Counted from the stretch's first letter, positions 41,997 to 52,885 are shown. The stretch is 64,000 nucleotides of DNA from Caldora sp. (GCA_965222765.1 CBDCVG010000043.1:97053-161052), one strand, 5' to 3'. Made by a program: numbers and translations. Notes: generated from the letters alone by a model not told the origin.

Positions 41997-42918
41997 TGAC
42001 TATTTCTCCATTATCAGGATTATTAGAGTTCCCTGACGCAGGTCGTTAATGATCGAAGTCAGTGAGCGCAGGAGGTGTCTAGTAGCCCCCAGAGCATAGC
42101 TAGGCACATACACCTGCTTTGCTCTATCGAAGTTTAACACCTTTTGTATTAGGTTGCAACTCTCATTCTTGGTTCAAAACACAATGGGGCAATAATTTCA
42201 AGCAATTTTTGCAATCTTTGAAAATCTTTTGCTTACCTGTGTTCCTTGCACCTCAATTATGGGTTTAAGTAGGTGAGTATAGAATAAATCCGCATGGGTA
42301 GTTATCTTTGGCAAAACAAGATTAAACACTGACTATATCAAGGCTTCAGTTTAGGTGTAGGTTGGGTTGACCGAACGGATACTATTGGCGAAATCGCTCG
42401 AAGGGTTGTAGGGGTGTATTGCATACACCCAATCTAATGGATTGAGATACCGATAGATGCTGAATTGGGCAAATGCAATTTGCCCCTACAATTTACAAAA
42501 TGTTTCGCCAACAGCATCAGGAAAGAAACCCAATATCCAAGCACATTTGTGTTGGGTTATTTCCGCCGCGCTGCACTAGTGATACCTTGGAAAATGCGAT
42601 CGCCCAAGCTTATGCAGCAATGGATTGCATTCAATTTAAGGAAAGATTAAATCTTCATCATTTAACCAGTCGCTATTTTGACCAAAATCTCAAGGGAAAT
42701 CACCAAAAGCGAAACCCAACGCTAATTCTCTCGGTGTTGGGTTTCGCTACGCTGCACCCAACCCAATACTGCTCGGTTAAGAGAAAGTTTCGGTAAAGAT
42801 GAGCTGGGGGAGCTGGGGGAGCTGGGGGAGAAGAATTGGGGCTTATCCGAGCAGTATTGGCACCCAACCTACAATAGCTACAGCTGACAGCTGAAAAATA
42901 TTGTTTCTTTACAACCTG

Positions 42919-44397
42919 TCAGCTCTCACTCAGTACCCAATTTACTAGAGTACGGACTGGGTAACCAGTAGCACCGCTATTATTGCACCCATTTTCCTTA
43001 TCTGACCAAACTGTACCAGCAATATCTAGATGAGCCCAAGGAGTCTCCTTCACAAACTGCTTCAAAAATAAAGCAGCTGTAATCGAACCTCCTGCACGGG
43101 GCCCAGTGTTTTTCATATCAGCTATTGGTGACTTCATACCCTCAAAGTACTTCTCTTCTAGTGGCATCTGCCATAATTTTTCCCCAGCTGCTTCTGAAGC
43201 TGCTTTAAGCTGAGTAGCTAGAGTATCATCTGTTGACCACATGCCGCCAATATTATTACCTAAGGCAATAACACAGGCGCCAGTCAAGGTTGCTAAATCA
43301 ATGATCGCATCTAGCTCTAATTTTTCGGCAAACACTAGAGCATCGGCAAGAGTTAGTCGTCCTTCTGCATCAGTATTATTAACTTCAATCGTCTTACCAT
43401 TAGAGGCGGTGAGGATATCTCCTGGGTGCAAAGCACGTCCACTAATCATGTTTTCTGTAGCCGCACTGATGAAGTGAACCTCTACATCAGGCTTTAGTTG
43501 CGCAATGGCTTTGGCAGCTCCAAAAGTAGCTGCTGCACCTCCCATATCGATTTTCATTGTCTCGATGCCACTACCAGCACCTTTGATATTCAAACCCCCG
43601 GAATCGAAAGTAAGACCTTTACCCACGATCGCTAATTTGCGCCGGGGTGTATCCTTGGGTTTATAGGTCAGATGAATAAACTTAGGCGGCAAATCAGAGG
43701 CTTGAGCAACCCCCAGAAAAGAACCCATACCGAGTTTTTCACAATCTTCCTTTTCCAAGATTTCTAGGGAAAGACCGTATTCTGAGGCAATCTTTTCTGC
43801 TGTTTGAGCTAAACTAATCGGTGTTACCGCATTAGCTGGTGCTGCAACCAATTCCCTGGCTAGAATCACTCCATCACAGATTTGTTGAGCTTTGGTGATT
43901 GCCGTTTCCTGATTTTCCAATCCCAGTAAATCTACTTGTTCGAGCTTGGCTCCTTTATCTTCCGGATCTGACTTAAAGCGATTATCCAGGTGCAATGCCA
44001 GCAGTAAGCCTTCTGTAATCACCTGAGCTGTTGCCCTTGGATCATCATTAACTACAGGTAAGCTAATAGCTAGAGTTTTGCTCTTCTCTCGTTTCGCCAA
44101 CCGACCGATCGCAGCGGTAGCACGACGTAAGCTATCTAAACTTAGGGTATCTGCTTTCCCTAGCCCCACCAGCATAATTTTGCGGATGGAGCTACCTGCA
44201 CCTACGCGGGTTACAGCTGAGCTACCAACGCTTCCCTTAAATTCCGTTTCTTCAATCAATTCCTTGAGAACACCGGCAAACTTCTCATCTAATTGGGCTA
44301 AATCACCAGTCAGTTCTACTGCATCTTCAAAAAAACTAACTGCCAAAGCATCGCCAGTCCAGTCCAACCGTGGTGTATCCGTTGCTCGAATTTCCAT
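42919..44397 (-). CDS. pepA: Leucyl aminopeptidase (M17)
   Basis: NTDAEGRL signature and metal-binding context; 492 aa. Confidence 0.9.
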   Translation of the reverse strand: MEIRATDTPRLDWTGDALAVSFFEDAVELTGDLAQLDEKFAGVLKELIEETEFKGSVGSSAVTRVGAGSSIRKIMLVGLGKADTLSLDSLRRATAAIGRLAKREKSKTLAISLPVVNDDPRATAQVITEGLLLALHLDNRFKSDPEDKGAKLEQVDLLGLENQETAITKAQQICDGVILARELVAAPANAVTPISLAQTAEKIASEYGLSLEILEKEDCEKLGMGSFLGVAQASDLPPKFIHLTYKPKDTPRRKLAIVGKGLTFDSGGLNIKGAGSGIETMKIDMGGAAATFGAAKAIAQLKPDVEVHFISAATENMISGRALHPGDILTASNGKTIEVNNTDAEGRLTLADALVFAEKLELDAIIDLATLTGACVIALGNNIGGMWSTDDTLATQLKAASEAAGEKLWQMPLEEKYFEGMKSPIADMKNTGPRAGGSITAALFLKQFVKETPWAHLDIAGTVWSDKENGCNNSGATGYPVRTLVNWVLSES

Positions 44398-44824
44398 CCT
44401 TAGTTTGATCTACCTAAAATACGATTATGTGAAGTACCCAAAACTGATGCTACGCATACAGCGTGAGCTTCTTGTCTCATCCGCCAATGCCGCCATACCA
44501 AAGTATTTTGGTTTTATTCAGTAGGTTGTTGATTTCTTACTAGGATACCAGGAGCACGAAAGTCCTATGGGTTTAGCCGAGAGATAAAAGTTGGTCTAGT
44601 CAGCAACTTTTCGCTCACAGGGTGACAAGCAATAGGTTCGTAAATACTTCGTAATATAAAAAAATTCTTCTTTTTGTAGTGCGTAATGTCGGATACTATA
44701 CTCCTAATTTAGGAGTTACAGCACTTTGCAGCTTAATGAGGTACATCTTACTTCTGCCTCCTGCCTTCAAGCGACAAATTCTGTACTTCACTTAGTTCAA
44801 AAATTGATAAAAACCGCTGTAAAT

Positions 44825-46432
44825 ATGTACACCACATCTCAGCCAGACCCCGTCCGCTTAGAAATATTCAAAAACCTCTATCAATTCATTGCTGAACAAA
44901 TGGGGATTGTCCTCCAAAATACAGCAGCATCAGTAAATATCAAAGAACGCTTAGATTTCTCCTGTGCAATTTTTGATGCCTCTGGATTATTAGTTGCCAA
45001 TGCTCCCCATATTCCTGTTCATTTAGGTTCAATGAGTGAAAGTGTATGCAGTTTAATTAATGACAAAGGAGATACAATAAAACCAGGAAATGTCTATCTC
45101 TCCAACAATCCCTATAACGGAGGAACCCATCTTCCTGATGTAACAGCAATTACCCCTGTATTTTGGACAAGTGGTAACTATTCTCAATCCCCAATTCTCA
45201 ATCCCCAATTCTCAATTCCCAATTCTCAATTCCCGATTCCCCTCTTTTTTGTTGCTTCTCGCGGACACCAAGCTGATATCGGTGGCATTACTCCTGGTTC
45301 CATGCCCCCAAATAGTACTACGGTAGAAGAAGAAGGCATTATTTTCGATAATTTTCTCCTGGTTGAGGAAGGGCATTTTCAGGAAATCCCCCTACGGCAG
45401 GTACTTCTAAATCATTCCTATCCTGCCCGTAACCCAAACCAAAATATAGCTGATTTCAAGGCACAAATTGCCGCCAATGAAATGGGGGTGCAAGAACTCA
45501 ATAAAATGGTGTCACAATATGGATTGGAAACAGTTCATGCTTATATGAAATTTGTTCAAGACAATGCAGAGGAATCAGTCAGAAGGGCAATTGATGTGCT
45601 TCGAGATGGAGAGTTTAGCTATGAAATGGATAATGGTGCACATATTCAACTCAAAGTAACCATTGACAAACAAAATCGCACTGCCACCATTGATTTTACT
45701 GGAACATCCGAGCAACTAAATAGTAACTTCAATGCTCCCAAAGCTGTCACTCAAGCTGCAGTTTTATACGTCTTTCGCACTTTGGTGGATGATAATATTC
45801 CCCTCAATGCTGGGTGTCTTAATCCTCTAGAAATTATTATCCCTTCTGGCTGTATGCTCAACCCTACCTATCCAGCAGCAGTGGTAGCAGGTAATGTCGA
45901 GACTTCTCAAACCATCGTCGATGCCTTATATGGAGCCTTAGGGGTGATGGCAGCTTCTCAGGGAACGATGAATAACTTTACCTTCGGGAATGACTGTTAT
46001 CAATATTATGAAACTATCTGCGGGGGTTCTGGAGCAGGAGCTAACTTTGATGGCACTGATGCTGTGCATACCCACATGACTAACTCCCGCTTGACTGATC
46101 CAGAAGTTTTAGAAACTCGCTATCCTGTACAAGTCGAAAGCTTTAATCTTCGTCCTGATAGTGGGGGCAAAGGAAAATATGCAGGTGGTAATGGAGTGAT
46201 TCGCCGCATCAGATTTTTAGAACCGATGACAGCTAATATTCTCTCTAATCATCGCCTGGTTCCTCCCTTTGGCTTAAATAGTGGCGAAGCTGGGTTAGTT
46301 GGATACAACTGGATACAACGTTACACTGGAACCCAAGAAAATTTAGATAGTACTGCAACTGTAGAGATGCAACCTGGAGATGTTTTTGTTATTGAAACTC
46401 CTGGGGGAGGAGGATTTGGTAAAGTTTTGTAA
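44825..46432 (+). CDS. Hydantoinase B / oxoprolinase-family protein (ORF track start 44726; probable start MYTTSQ at 44825); contains an in-frame STRR insertion
   Basis: HyuB-type core. Heptamer-like repeats at 45181-45240 encode SQSPILNPQFSIPNSQFPIP. Confidence 0.75.
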   Translation: MYTTSQPDPVRLEIFKNLYQFIAEQMGIVLQNTAASVNIKERLDFSCAIFDASGLLVANAPHIPVHLGSMSESVCSLINDKGDTIKPGNVYLSNNPYNGGTHLPDVTAITPVFWTSGNYSQSPILNPQFSIPNSQFPIPLFFVASRGHQADIGGITPGSMPPNSTTVEEEGIIFDNFLLVEEGHFQEIPLRQVLLNHSYPARNPNQNIADFKAQIAANEMGVQELNKMVSQYGLETVHAYMKFVQDNAEESVRRAIDVLRDGEFSYEMDNGAHIQLKVTIDKQNRTATIDFTGTSEQLNSNFNAPKAVTQAAVLYVFRTLVDDNIPLNAGCLNPLEIIIPSGCMLNPTYPAAVVAGNVETSQTIVDALYGALGVMAASQGTMNNFTFGNDCYQYYETICGGSGAGANFDGTDAVHTHMTNSRLTDPEVLETRYPVQVESFNLRPDSGGKGKYAGGNGVIRRIRFLEPMTANILSNHRLVPPFGLNSGEAGLVGYNWIQRYTGTQENLDSTATVEMQPGDVFVIETPGGGGFGKVL

Positions 46433-46614
46433 GCAAACCCTAATTAAAATTTTGCGATCGCGCTCACAATTCTCTTTGTGTCCTTTGTGTCCTTTGTGCC
46501 TTTGTGGTTTCTTAAAAAGAATAGTCTATATGCCCACAATTATTCCATTATATATACGATAGCACAAGAATGGGGCGTATGCAACACGGGGCGTATGCAA
46601 TACGCCCCTACGGT

Positions 46615-48813
46615 CTAACCAACTAATTCAACAGCACGTTTTGCCAACGCTTCAGCGGTTAAGCCATTGAATGCCATAATGTGGCCAGCACTAGCAGCAG
46701 TTTCACCCCGTTTCCAAGCAAAGGTGTCCCTTTGGCAATTACTGCGCAGCATAATTGGCTCTAGCATCGCACTGGAACCGCCAGTCACACCGATTAAAGC
46801 ATTACCACCAAAAAGTTTTTCAAACCCCTCGTCATCGAGGAAGTGACTATCAGCTGCAGTGCAGGCTTGCCAAGCTGTATCATCAGGACGATACAAGCGG
46901 CGAGGATTGATTACTGAGACAATCCGTACCCCAATGCCTTCATCTTCTAGATGAGCTGCGGCATCAAATACGGGAATCAGGGTCATATCTCCAATTACAG
47001 CAAATACTACTTTTTTACTACCTTCGGTTTCATGCAGCACAACTCCACCATCCTTGAGTGCTTGACGGGTTTGCTCAAAGGTAGTGCGCACAGGTAAAGG
47101 CGACTTACTTGCAGTAATCGTAATCCCCTTATTCTTAGTAGTCAGCGCCCAATCGTAACAAACTTGGATACTGTTAGCATCGGCAGGGAACAACGGGAAG
47201 ATATTGCCATTGCGCATCATAGCGGCAAAGTAGTTTTCTATTTCAGGACGCTGGTGAGTCCAGCCATTACGCCCTTGTTCCAAGGCTCCAGCAGTAAATA
47301 GGGTAATTGTAGCAGGGGTAGGGCGACGTAATTCTGCCATTGCTTGAGTTACCGTCTGCCAAATCGGTAAGCCGTTAATGGCAAAGGATTCGTAGGAACA
47401 CCAGAGGGTACGAGCACCAAAGAGGGCTAAACTAGCAGCTAAACCGGCACAGGCATCTTCACTCAAAGGTTCGTAAACTTGACCCTTTGGTCCTTGGAAG
47501 TAAATTTCATCAGGGGTGGGATGAATGATTTTGAGGGCAATGTTTATGTTATTAATGCCAGAAGCAGCATTGCCATCAGCGTTGGAAACGATAAAGTTGG
47601 GGTCTTTTTGTCCTACATGGGCAACTAATGCCCCCATTGCTGTTGTCGCTACTTTCTTCTCCCCCTTAACAGGAAATTCTTCTAAGGGCAATTCACCTAA
47701 ATCTGTCAGAGGCAATTCTTTTTCTGTCACCACCTGATGGGAAGCAGGGCCACCTGCTGAGCGCTCAAAGTTGGTTCTTACTAATTCCCAAGCTTCGGGG
47801 GACAAGGCACGAGTTTTTAAGGCACTAACAATGTAGTCTTTTTCCAAGGTGTCACCGGGGTAAAGGTTATGGGATTGTGCCCCTCGCTTATGAACTCCTG
47901 CACCTTTAAGCTGTTTGACAATTAGTACAGTGAGCTTGCCGCTCATGGCTGACTTAGCAGCTTTATCTGTTGCCTCTAATACAGCTTGGGTAAATTCCAA
48001 CCGTTTCTCCCAGGAAAATTGGGTACTATCGACATAATCACCAGGTTGGTTGGCGTCGTCATAGTCCTTAGCATTAACTAAAATAATTTCTTGAAAGCCG
48101 TTACCTTCCCAATAGGCAATCATCTCTTGATTCGACTTAGTAGACACCATGCTGTGGTGTTCCTGACTGTAGCCGTTCCAAACCAGGATGGGCAGGAAAT
48201 TGGTGACTTGTGGATAAGCAGTGTGGAAATGACCAATGCTACTCATCACATAGGGTTCACCAATACCACCGTCGCCAATAGTAACAGGAAATAGCACATC
48301 TCGATGGAGTAAGGCTCCTGCCATCGCAAAGTGTTGCCCTTGTCCCAAGGGACCAGCAGGATTGAGCAGTCCCGGAATTTGACCTGAAAGGTGTCCTAGC
48401 AGTCCGTGCATTTCCCTGAAGCGTTCCCCCATTTGTTCAACGGTGGTAATTCCCATATCTTCTAGGGAACGGTCCAGGAACATATTGCTGTAGAAACCGG
48501 GAGCATGGTGACCCACTTCCGTAATGATGTTTTTGTGACCAAGCATCACTAAAGAAGCGATCGCTTCAGCTATGCTGGCAAATCCCCCTGGATGTCCAGA
48601 AGCTTTACTAGCAGTCACTTGCAGGGTCAAGTAGCGCAGAGCATCAGCAGCAAGTACAGTTTGGAATACTGCAGCAGGGTCGGAAGGAGATGCGATCGCT
48701 GATTGAGATGAGGCGATCGCAGGTTGTTGCCCATATTTCTCAAACCCAGGCAGCGCTTTACCAAAATACTGAATTCCTTGACAAAAAGCAGGGGTTGCGC
48801 TAGCAATGGTCAT
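46615..48813 (-). CDS. Transketolase-family thiamine-diphosphate enzyme, divergent (732 aa)
   Basis: SGHPGG motif near the N-terminus, IGDGGIGEP TPP-binding motif, central Pyr domain and C-terminal domain. Not the canonical cyanobacterial tkt; the phosphoketolase GHWGT-type motif is absent. Confidence 0.6.
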   Translation of the reverse strand: MTIASATPAFCQGIQYFGKALPGFEKYGQQPAIASSQSAIASPSDPAAVFQTVLAADALRYLTLQVTASKASGHPGGFASIAEAIASLVMLGHKNIITEVGHHAPGFYSNMFLDRSLEDMGITTVEQMGERFREMHGLLGHLSGQIPGLLNPAGPLGQGQHFAMAGALLHRDVLFPVTIGDGGIGEPYVMSSIGHFHTAYPQVTNFLPILVWNGYSQEHHSMVSTKSNQEMIAYWEGNGFQEIILVNAKDYDDANQPGDYVDSTQFSWEKRLEFTQAVLEATDKAAKSAMSGKLTVLIVKQLKGAGVHKRGAQSHNLYPGDTLEKDYIVSALKTRALSPEAWELVRTNFERSAGGPASHQVVTEKELPLTDLGELPLEEFPVKGEKKVATTAMGALVAHVGQKDPNFIVSNADGNAASGINNINIALKIIHPTPDEIYFQGPKGQVYEPLSEDACAGLAASLALFGARTLWCSYESFAINGLPIWQTVTQAMAELRRPTPATITLFTAGALEQGRNGWTHQRPEIENYFAAMMRNGNIFPLFPADANSIQVCYDWALTTKNKGITITASKSPLPVRTTFEQTRQALKDGGVVLHETEGSKKVVFAVIGDMTLIPVFDAAAHLEDEGIGVRIVSVINPRRLYRPDDTAWQACTAADSHFLDDEGFEKLFGGNALIGVTGGSSAMLEPIMLRSNCQRDTFAWKRGETAASAGHIMAFNGLTAEALAKRAVELVG

Positions 48814-48987
48814 AGTTTTAGATACCTCTTCAAATAACTGCGAGCCTTAAATAAATCCTACAGTTTGCCAGGATCTTGCTGGATAAGTGATGCCTCGGAT
48901 AACTATAGATTTAGCTTACACTAGCAAGAAGCCCCACGTCTGGAGATAGGGAGATGGGGAGAGAGATTATCTACCTCCTGTCTTCTG

Positions 48988-49050
48988 AATTCTAAATTCT
49001 GCATTCTAAATTCTAAATTCTGCATTCTGCATTCTGCCTCCTGCCTCCAT
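48988..49050. repeat. STRR heptamer array (AATTCTA / CATTCTG / CCTCCTG units)
   Basis: Read directly from the sequence. Confidence 0.8.
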
Positions 49051-49053
49051 AAA

Positions 49054-49473
49054 CTAATAAGATTTCGCAACTAGCAGACAATTGCGGTTATCATCTGTGC
49101 GTGTATAACTAAGCTGGTCGGAAATTTTTTGTAAAATTGCAAGACCACGCCCTCCTCCAGCCTTAAGGTCTACCTGATGCTCCAGATTCTGAAGCCGTCC
49201 TTCTAAATCAAAGGGTGGTCCCCAATCCCAGATTCGGAGTTCTAAAAATTGGGGAGCGATCGTGACTTCAATATCAATAGAAAGATCACCCGATAGATCT
49301 TTGTGAGCATGACGAACGACGTTGGTAAATCCTTCCGCCAGAGCTAATTGAAACTGTAACCAGACTTTTCTGGGAATATACGGTTGGCTAAGCTGGTCGA
49401 ACCATGACAAAATTTGGTCTAATGCCTTAAGGTCGGAGGGAAATTGCTTGATATATTTGTGAGAGTCTTTCAA
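49054..49473 (-). CDS. Anti-sigma regulatory factor / Ser-protein kinase (RsbW-like, HATPase_c)
   Basis: 139 aa, LAEGFTNVVRHAH...IRVWDWGPPFD pattern. Confidence 0.8.
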   Translation of the reverse strand: MKDSHKYIKQFPSDLKALDQILSWFDQLSQPYIPRKVWLQFQLALAEGFTNVVRHAHKDLSGDLSIDIEVTIAPQFLELRIWDWGPPFDLEGRLQNLEHQVDLKAGGGRGLAILQKISDQLSYTRTDDNRNCLLVAKSY

Positions 49474-49707
49474 TTGCTCAAAGCCTTTTAAATCAACGAC
49501 ACTACAGCCTGGTCATAAATGCACCTCTGTTCCTTGTGAAACAATTCAGTTTACCCTGGATCTGAAGCCTTACTTGAGCATTGATTAACTTGCTGGGGAA
49601 CTGAACTCTTTCCTGAGGCAACTACAGGGTAACTGAATATAGTTGCTAACCTCTTTGTTAGTATGTGCATCTGCAAATCTAATACTGAATTGTAGTACTT
49701 CAATACC

Positions 49708-50847
49708 ATGAGCCAAATTCTGATTATTGATGACGACCCAGCTATTCAGATGTTACTGAAACGGACACTTGCTAAACGGGGTTACGATATTTCAGTTGCC
49801 AGTAACGGTGAAGACGGTCTAGCATTGGCACAAGAGCTAAGTCCGGGACTAATTCTGTGCGATTGGAATATGCCACGCATGAATGGACTAGAGGTCTGTT
49901 GCAAAGTCAAGGCAACACCAGAGCTCTCTACTACCATATTCGTGCTGCTGACTGCTCGCACTTCGATTGAGGATCGTGTCCAAGGATTGGATGCTGGTGC
50001 TGATGACTTTTTGTCAAAGCCCATCGAAATGCCTGAATTGCAGGCGCGGGTAAGGGCTGGGTTGAGGTTACATCAACTTAGTCGCGATTTGCAGAACCAA
50101 AAGCAGCTGCTGGAGACAGAATTAGCAGAAGCTGCTGATTATGTGAGTTCTATTCTTCCCGACCGGATTACCGAACCACCAGTAACGATCGACTCCCGAT
50201 TTATACCTTCCTTTCAGTTAGGAGGTGACGGTTTTGATTATTACTGGCTAGATTCAGAGCATTTGGCAATTTATTTACTAGATGCGGCTGGACATGGCTT
50301 AAAAGCTGCCTTACCGACTATTTCAGTTTTGAACCTATTGAGGTCCCGAGCACTTCCTCACATAAATTACTACAAACCCAGCGATGTCCTGCGAGGGTTA
50401 AATGACACTTTCCAGATGACTCAGCGCAATGATAAGTACTTCACCATCTGGTACGGAGTATATAACCGGTTTAATCGCCAACTAACTTACTCTAGTGCAG
50501 GACATCCACCAGCTATCTTGCTCTGTAAGAGTCCTGATTCATCAATTCAGGTAGAACGCCTGAAAACTCAAGGTTTGCCCATTGGTATGTTTCCTGAGGC
50601 TGCCTATATTGAGCAAAGCTGCGAGGTGGTAGGGTCTAGTACACTGTACCTCTTTAGCGATGGGATTTACGAAATTAACCAAAGTGATGGTAACATCTGG
50701 GGATTAGATCCCTTTGTCAAGCTGCTTGCCGACTGTAGGAACAATGGAGCCCATAACCTAGACCAGGTCTTGAATTCTATTGCCTCTATCAATCCCCAAG
50801 ATGATTTTGATGATGATTTATCTCTGTTAGAAATCAACTTTGGTTAA
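49708..50847 (+). CDS. Response-regulator receiver fused to a PP2C/SpoIIE phosphatase (RsbU-like)
   Basis: REC (ILIIDDD...LILCDWNMP...K) followed by a PP2C domain (GGDGFDY...DAAGHG...FSDG). Confidence 0.85.
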   Translation: MSQILIIDDDPAIQMLLKRTLAKRGYDISVASNGEDGLALAQELSPGLILCDWNMPRMNGLEVCCKVKATPELSTTIFVLLTARTSIEDRVQGLDAGADDFLSKPIEMPELQARVRAGLRLHQLSRDLQNQKQLLETELAEAADYVSSILPDRITEPPVTIDSRFIPSFQLGGDGFDYYWLDSEHLAIYLLDAAGHGLKAALPTISVLNLLRSRALPHINYYKPSDVLRGLNDTFQMTQRNDKYFTIWYGVYNRFNRQLTYSSAGHPPAILLCKSPDSSIQVERLKTQGLPIGMFPEAAYIEQSCEVVGSSTLYLFSDGIYEINQSDGNIWGLDPFVKLLADCRNNGAHNLDQVLNSIASINPQDDFDDDLSLLEINFG

Positions 50848-50875
50848 TATTGCGCCTCCGCAAGAATAATCTTGC

Positions 50876-51202
50876 TTAGTGAGTCGAAGCAACAGCATTT
50901 TCAAACTCTTCTCGGGTCTCAAAGATTTCAAAGACGCGATCCATGCTGGTTAGTTCAAATAACATTCTTATTTGGTCATTGACAGAACAAATAAAAAGCT
51001 TACCACCAGCTGCACGAACTGTTTTCAGGGCCAGGACAAGAGCTCCTAAGCCGGAACTATCCATAAAGGTAACGTCGGCAAAATCAATCAACACAATATC
51101 TACATTAGATTCCACCAATTTAGTAATCTCTTGGCGAAATTGACCAGCTTTGGTGCCATCTAAGATACCAGAGGGTCGAACAACTTTAACAACAGCACTC
51201 AT
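50876..51202 (-). CDS. Anti-sigma-factor antagonist (STAS domain, RsbV/SpoIIAA-like)
   Basis: 108 aa, FMDSSGLGALV STAS motif with a phosphorylatable Ser. Confidence 0.85.
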   Translation of the reverse strand: MSAVVKVVRPSGILDGTKAGQFRQEITKLVESNVDIVLIDFADVTFMDSSGLGALVLALKTVRAAGGKLFICSVNDQIRMLFELTSMDRVFEIFETREEFENAVASTH

Positions 51203-51344
51203 ATTTCTCTCGAGACTTTCTATTTACAAAAATATCCAGACCTTGCCAGTATAGCCGCGACTATTAGTTTCAGCCACACTGTACCTACTAGTAATATTCA
51301 TTAATTTCCTTGGGTAGTCATTGACATCCTCCCTCCGCTAACCT

Positions 51345-52637
51345 CTAACGAGGTATAGCGGGTGATTCCCAAGAGTTCTTGGTTCGCAGTTCATCGAGCC
51401 GACTTAGAACCAGAGCGTTTCCGTTCTTGAGCCAGAGGTCAGTTTCTCCCTGCGCTTTCGAGCTTTTGGCTCCGGATTCTGTATGCCCTACAGTACCGTT
51501 TAAATATTCAGCTAATAACAATAATCCTTTTTTCAAGATGTTTTTGGCTGCATTATGGTCGCGGTCTAATACCGTTTTACAATTACTGCATTTATGTGTT
51601 CTGGTGCTAAGTGTTTTCTTCACCTTCGCCTTACAATATGAGCAATCAACAGTTGTATTGTGAGGCACTACAGCAATAACTATCACACCATACACTTTGG
51701 CAAAGTATTGAAGCCATTTGGTGAATCGATACCAAGATGCATCGCTGATGGATTTAGCTAGCTGGTGATTTTTTACCATGTTTTGTATCTTCAAGTCCTC
51801 GTAGACAATTAAATCTTTCGACTTAACTAGCGCCAAAGCATCTTTACGAGCTTTGTCTTCACGCTGTCTACTTACCTTCAGATGTTGCTTCGCTAAAGCC
51901 TTGCGTGCCTTGTGGTATCTGTTAGACTGTTTCTTCTTTTCAACATGTTTCTTAGAAACCCGACGTTGAAGCATCTTTAATCTTCGTTCGGATTTCCTCA
52001 AATATCGAGGGTTGTCAACAGTATTTCCATCGGAATCGGTATAGAACTCTTTTAGTCCTAAATCAATTCCCGTCATTTTCCCTTGAAATTCATGCTTCTC
52101 TCGTCTATCCCAATCCACTAAGAACTGAGCATAGTAGCCGTCAGCACGTCTTATGACTCGAACTCTTCGGATTTGTTTTTCCCTGGTCCAAACTAAATCC
52201 CTAGAACTCCACAAATCCATCATTCCGACTTGAAAACCATCAGTGAAAGTTATAGTCCTTCTCTCAGCAGACAATTTCCAGCCTGAATTTTTGTACTCGA
52301 GGGAACGACTGAATTTTTTGTAGCGAGGATAGCCTTTTTTACCGGTTTTTCCTAATCTACAGTTTTCATAAAAACGCTGAATGGCAGACCATGCCCTATC
52401 AGCGTGAGCCTGCCTTGCTTGGGAGTTAAGTTTTTTCGCCCAAGGGGCAAGTTTGTCCTTAGCTAGTAGGGCGCAAAGCTTTTGGAGGTCGTTACGAGTG
52501 ACCCGTCTGTTATCTTCCCAATAGCGCAAACAGGTGTTGCGGATGAACTGCCCTGTTCGGATTGCTTCATCCAACTTGCTGTACTGAACTTTGGTTCCTT
52601 TGAGCTTGGCTTCAATTACTAGCATGAGACCAAGCAT
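51345..52637 (-). CDS. tnpB: TnpB (IS605 OrfB family RNA-guided endonuclease), intact
   Basis: RuvC-I TGIDLGLKEF, RuvC-II YEDLKIQNM, zinc finger CSYCKAKV...CSNCKTV, RuvC-III DRDHNAAKNI; 430 aa. Confidence 0.9.
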   Translation of the reverse strand: MLGLMLVIEAKLKGTKVQYSKLDEAIRTGQFIRNTCLRYWEDNRRVTRNDLQKLCALLAKDKLAPWAKKLNSQARQAHADRAWSAIQRFYENCRLGKTGKKGYPRYKKFSRSLEYKNSGWKLSAERRTITFTDGFQVGMMDLWSSRDLVWTREKQIRRVRVIRRADGYYAQFLVDWDRREKHEFQGKMTGIDLGLKEFYTDSDGNTVDNPRYLRKSERRLKMLQRRVSKKHVEKKKQSNRYHKARKALAKQHLKVSRQREDKARKDALALVKSKDLIVYEDLKIQNMVKNHQLAKSISDASWYRFTKWLQYFAKVYGVIVIAVVPHNTTVDCSYCKAKVKKTLSTRTHKCSNCKTVLDRDHNAAKNILKKGLLLLAEYLNGTVGHTESGAKSSKAQGETDLWLKNGNALVLSRLDELRTKNSWESPAIPR

Positions 52638-52718
52638 AACATATTTTACCGACTGCGAATACAGGTAGAATTATTTAGATTCGCTGCCGCTCAATTGTTA
52701 GCTGGTCGGCATTCATCT

Positions 52719-52885
52719 CACCGAAAGCGGCGGGAAGCCCATTCCTTCTAAGGATGGGAGGGATAGCAGCCCGCCGCTTGGTTGGCAAGTTATTTGTTAG
52801 AAAGTTTTTCTTGACAAACAACTAACAACCAACAACAAATAACGCTTGCATCCCACGTACTTTAGTCGTGGGATGAGCTTAACGC
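52719..52885. repeat. Dispersed repeat family 3 copy
   Basis: Aligns with 24486-24652 and 53396-53570. Confidence 0.55.

Noticed and set aside
46615-48813. Initial call as phosphoketolase (Xfp)
   Set aside because: The N-terminus carries the transketolase-type SGHPGG motif, and I did not find the phosphoketolase GHWGT-type motif. Kept as a divergent transketolase-family enzyme instead.
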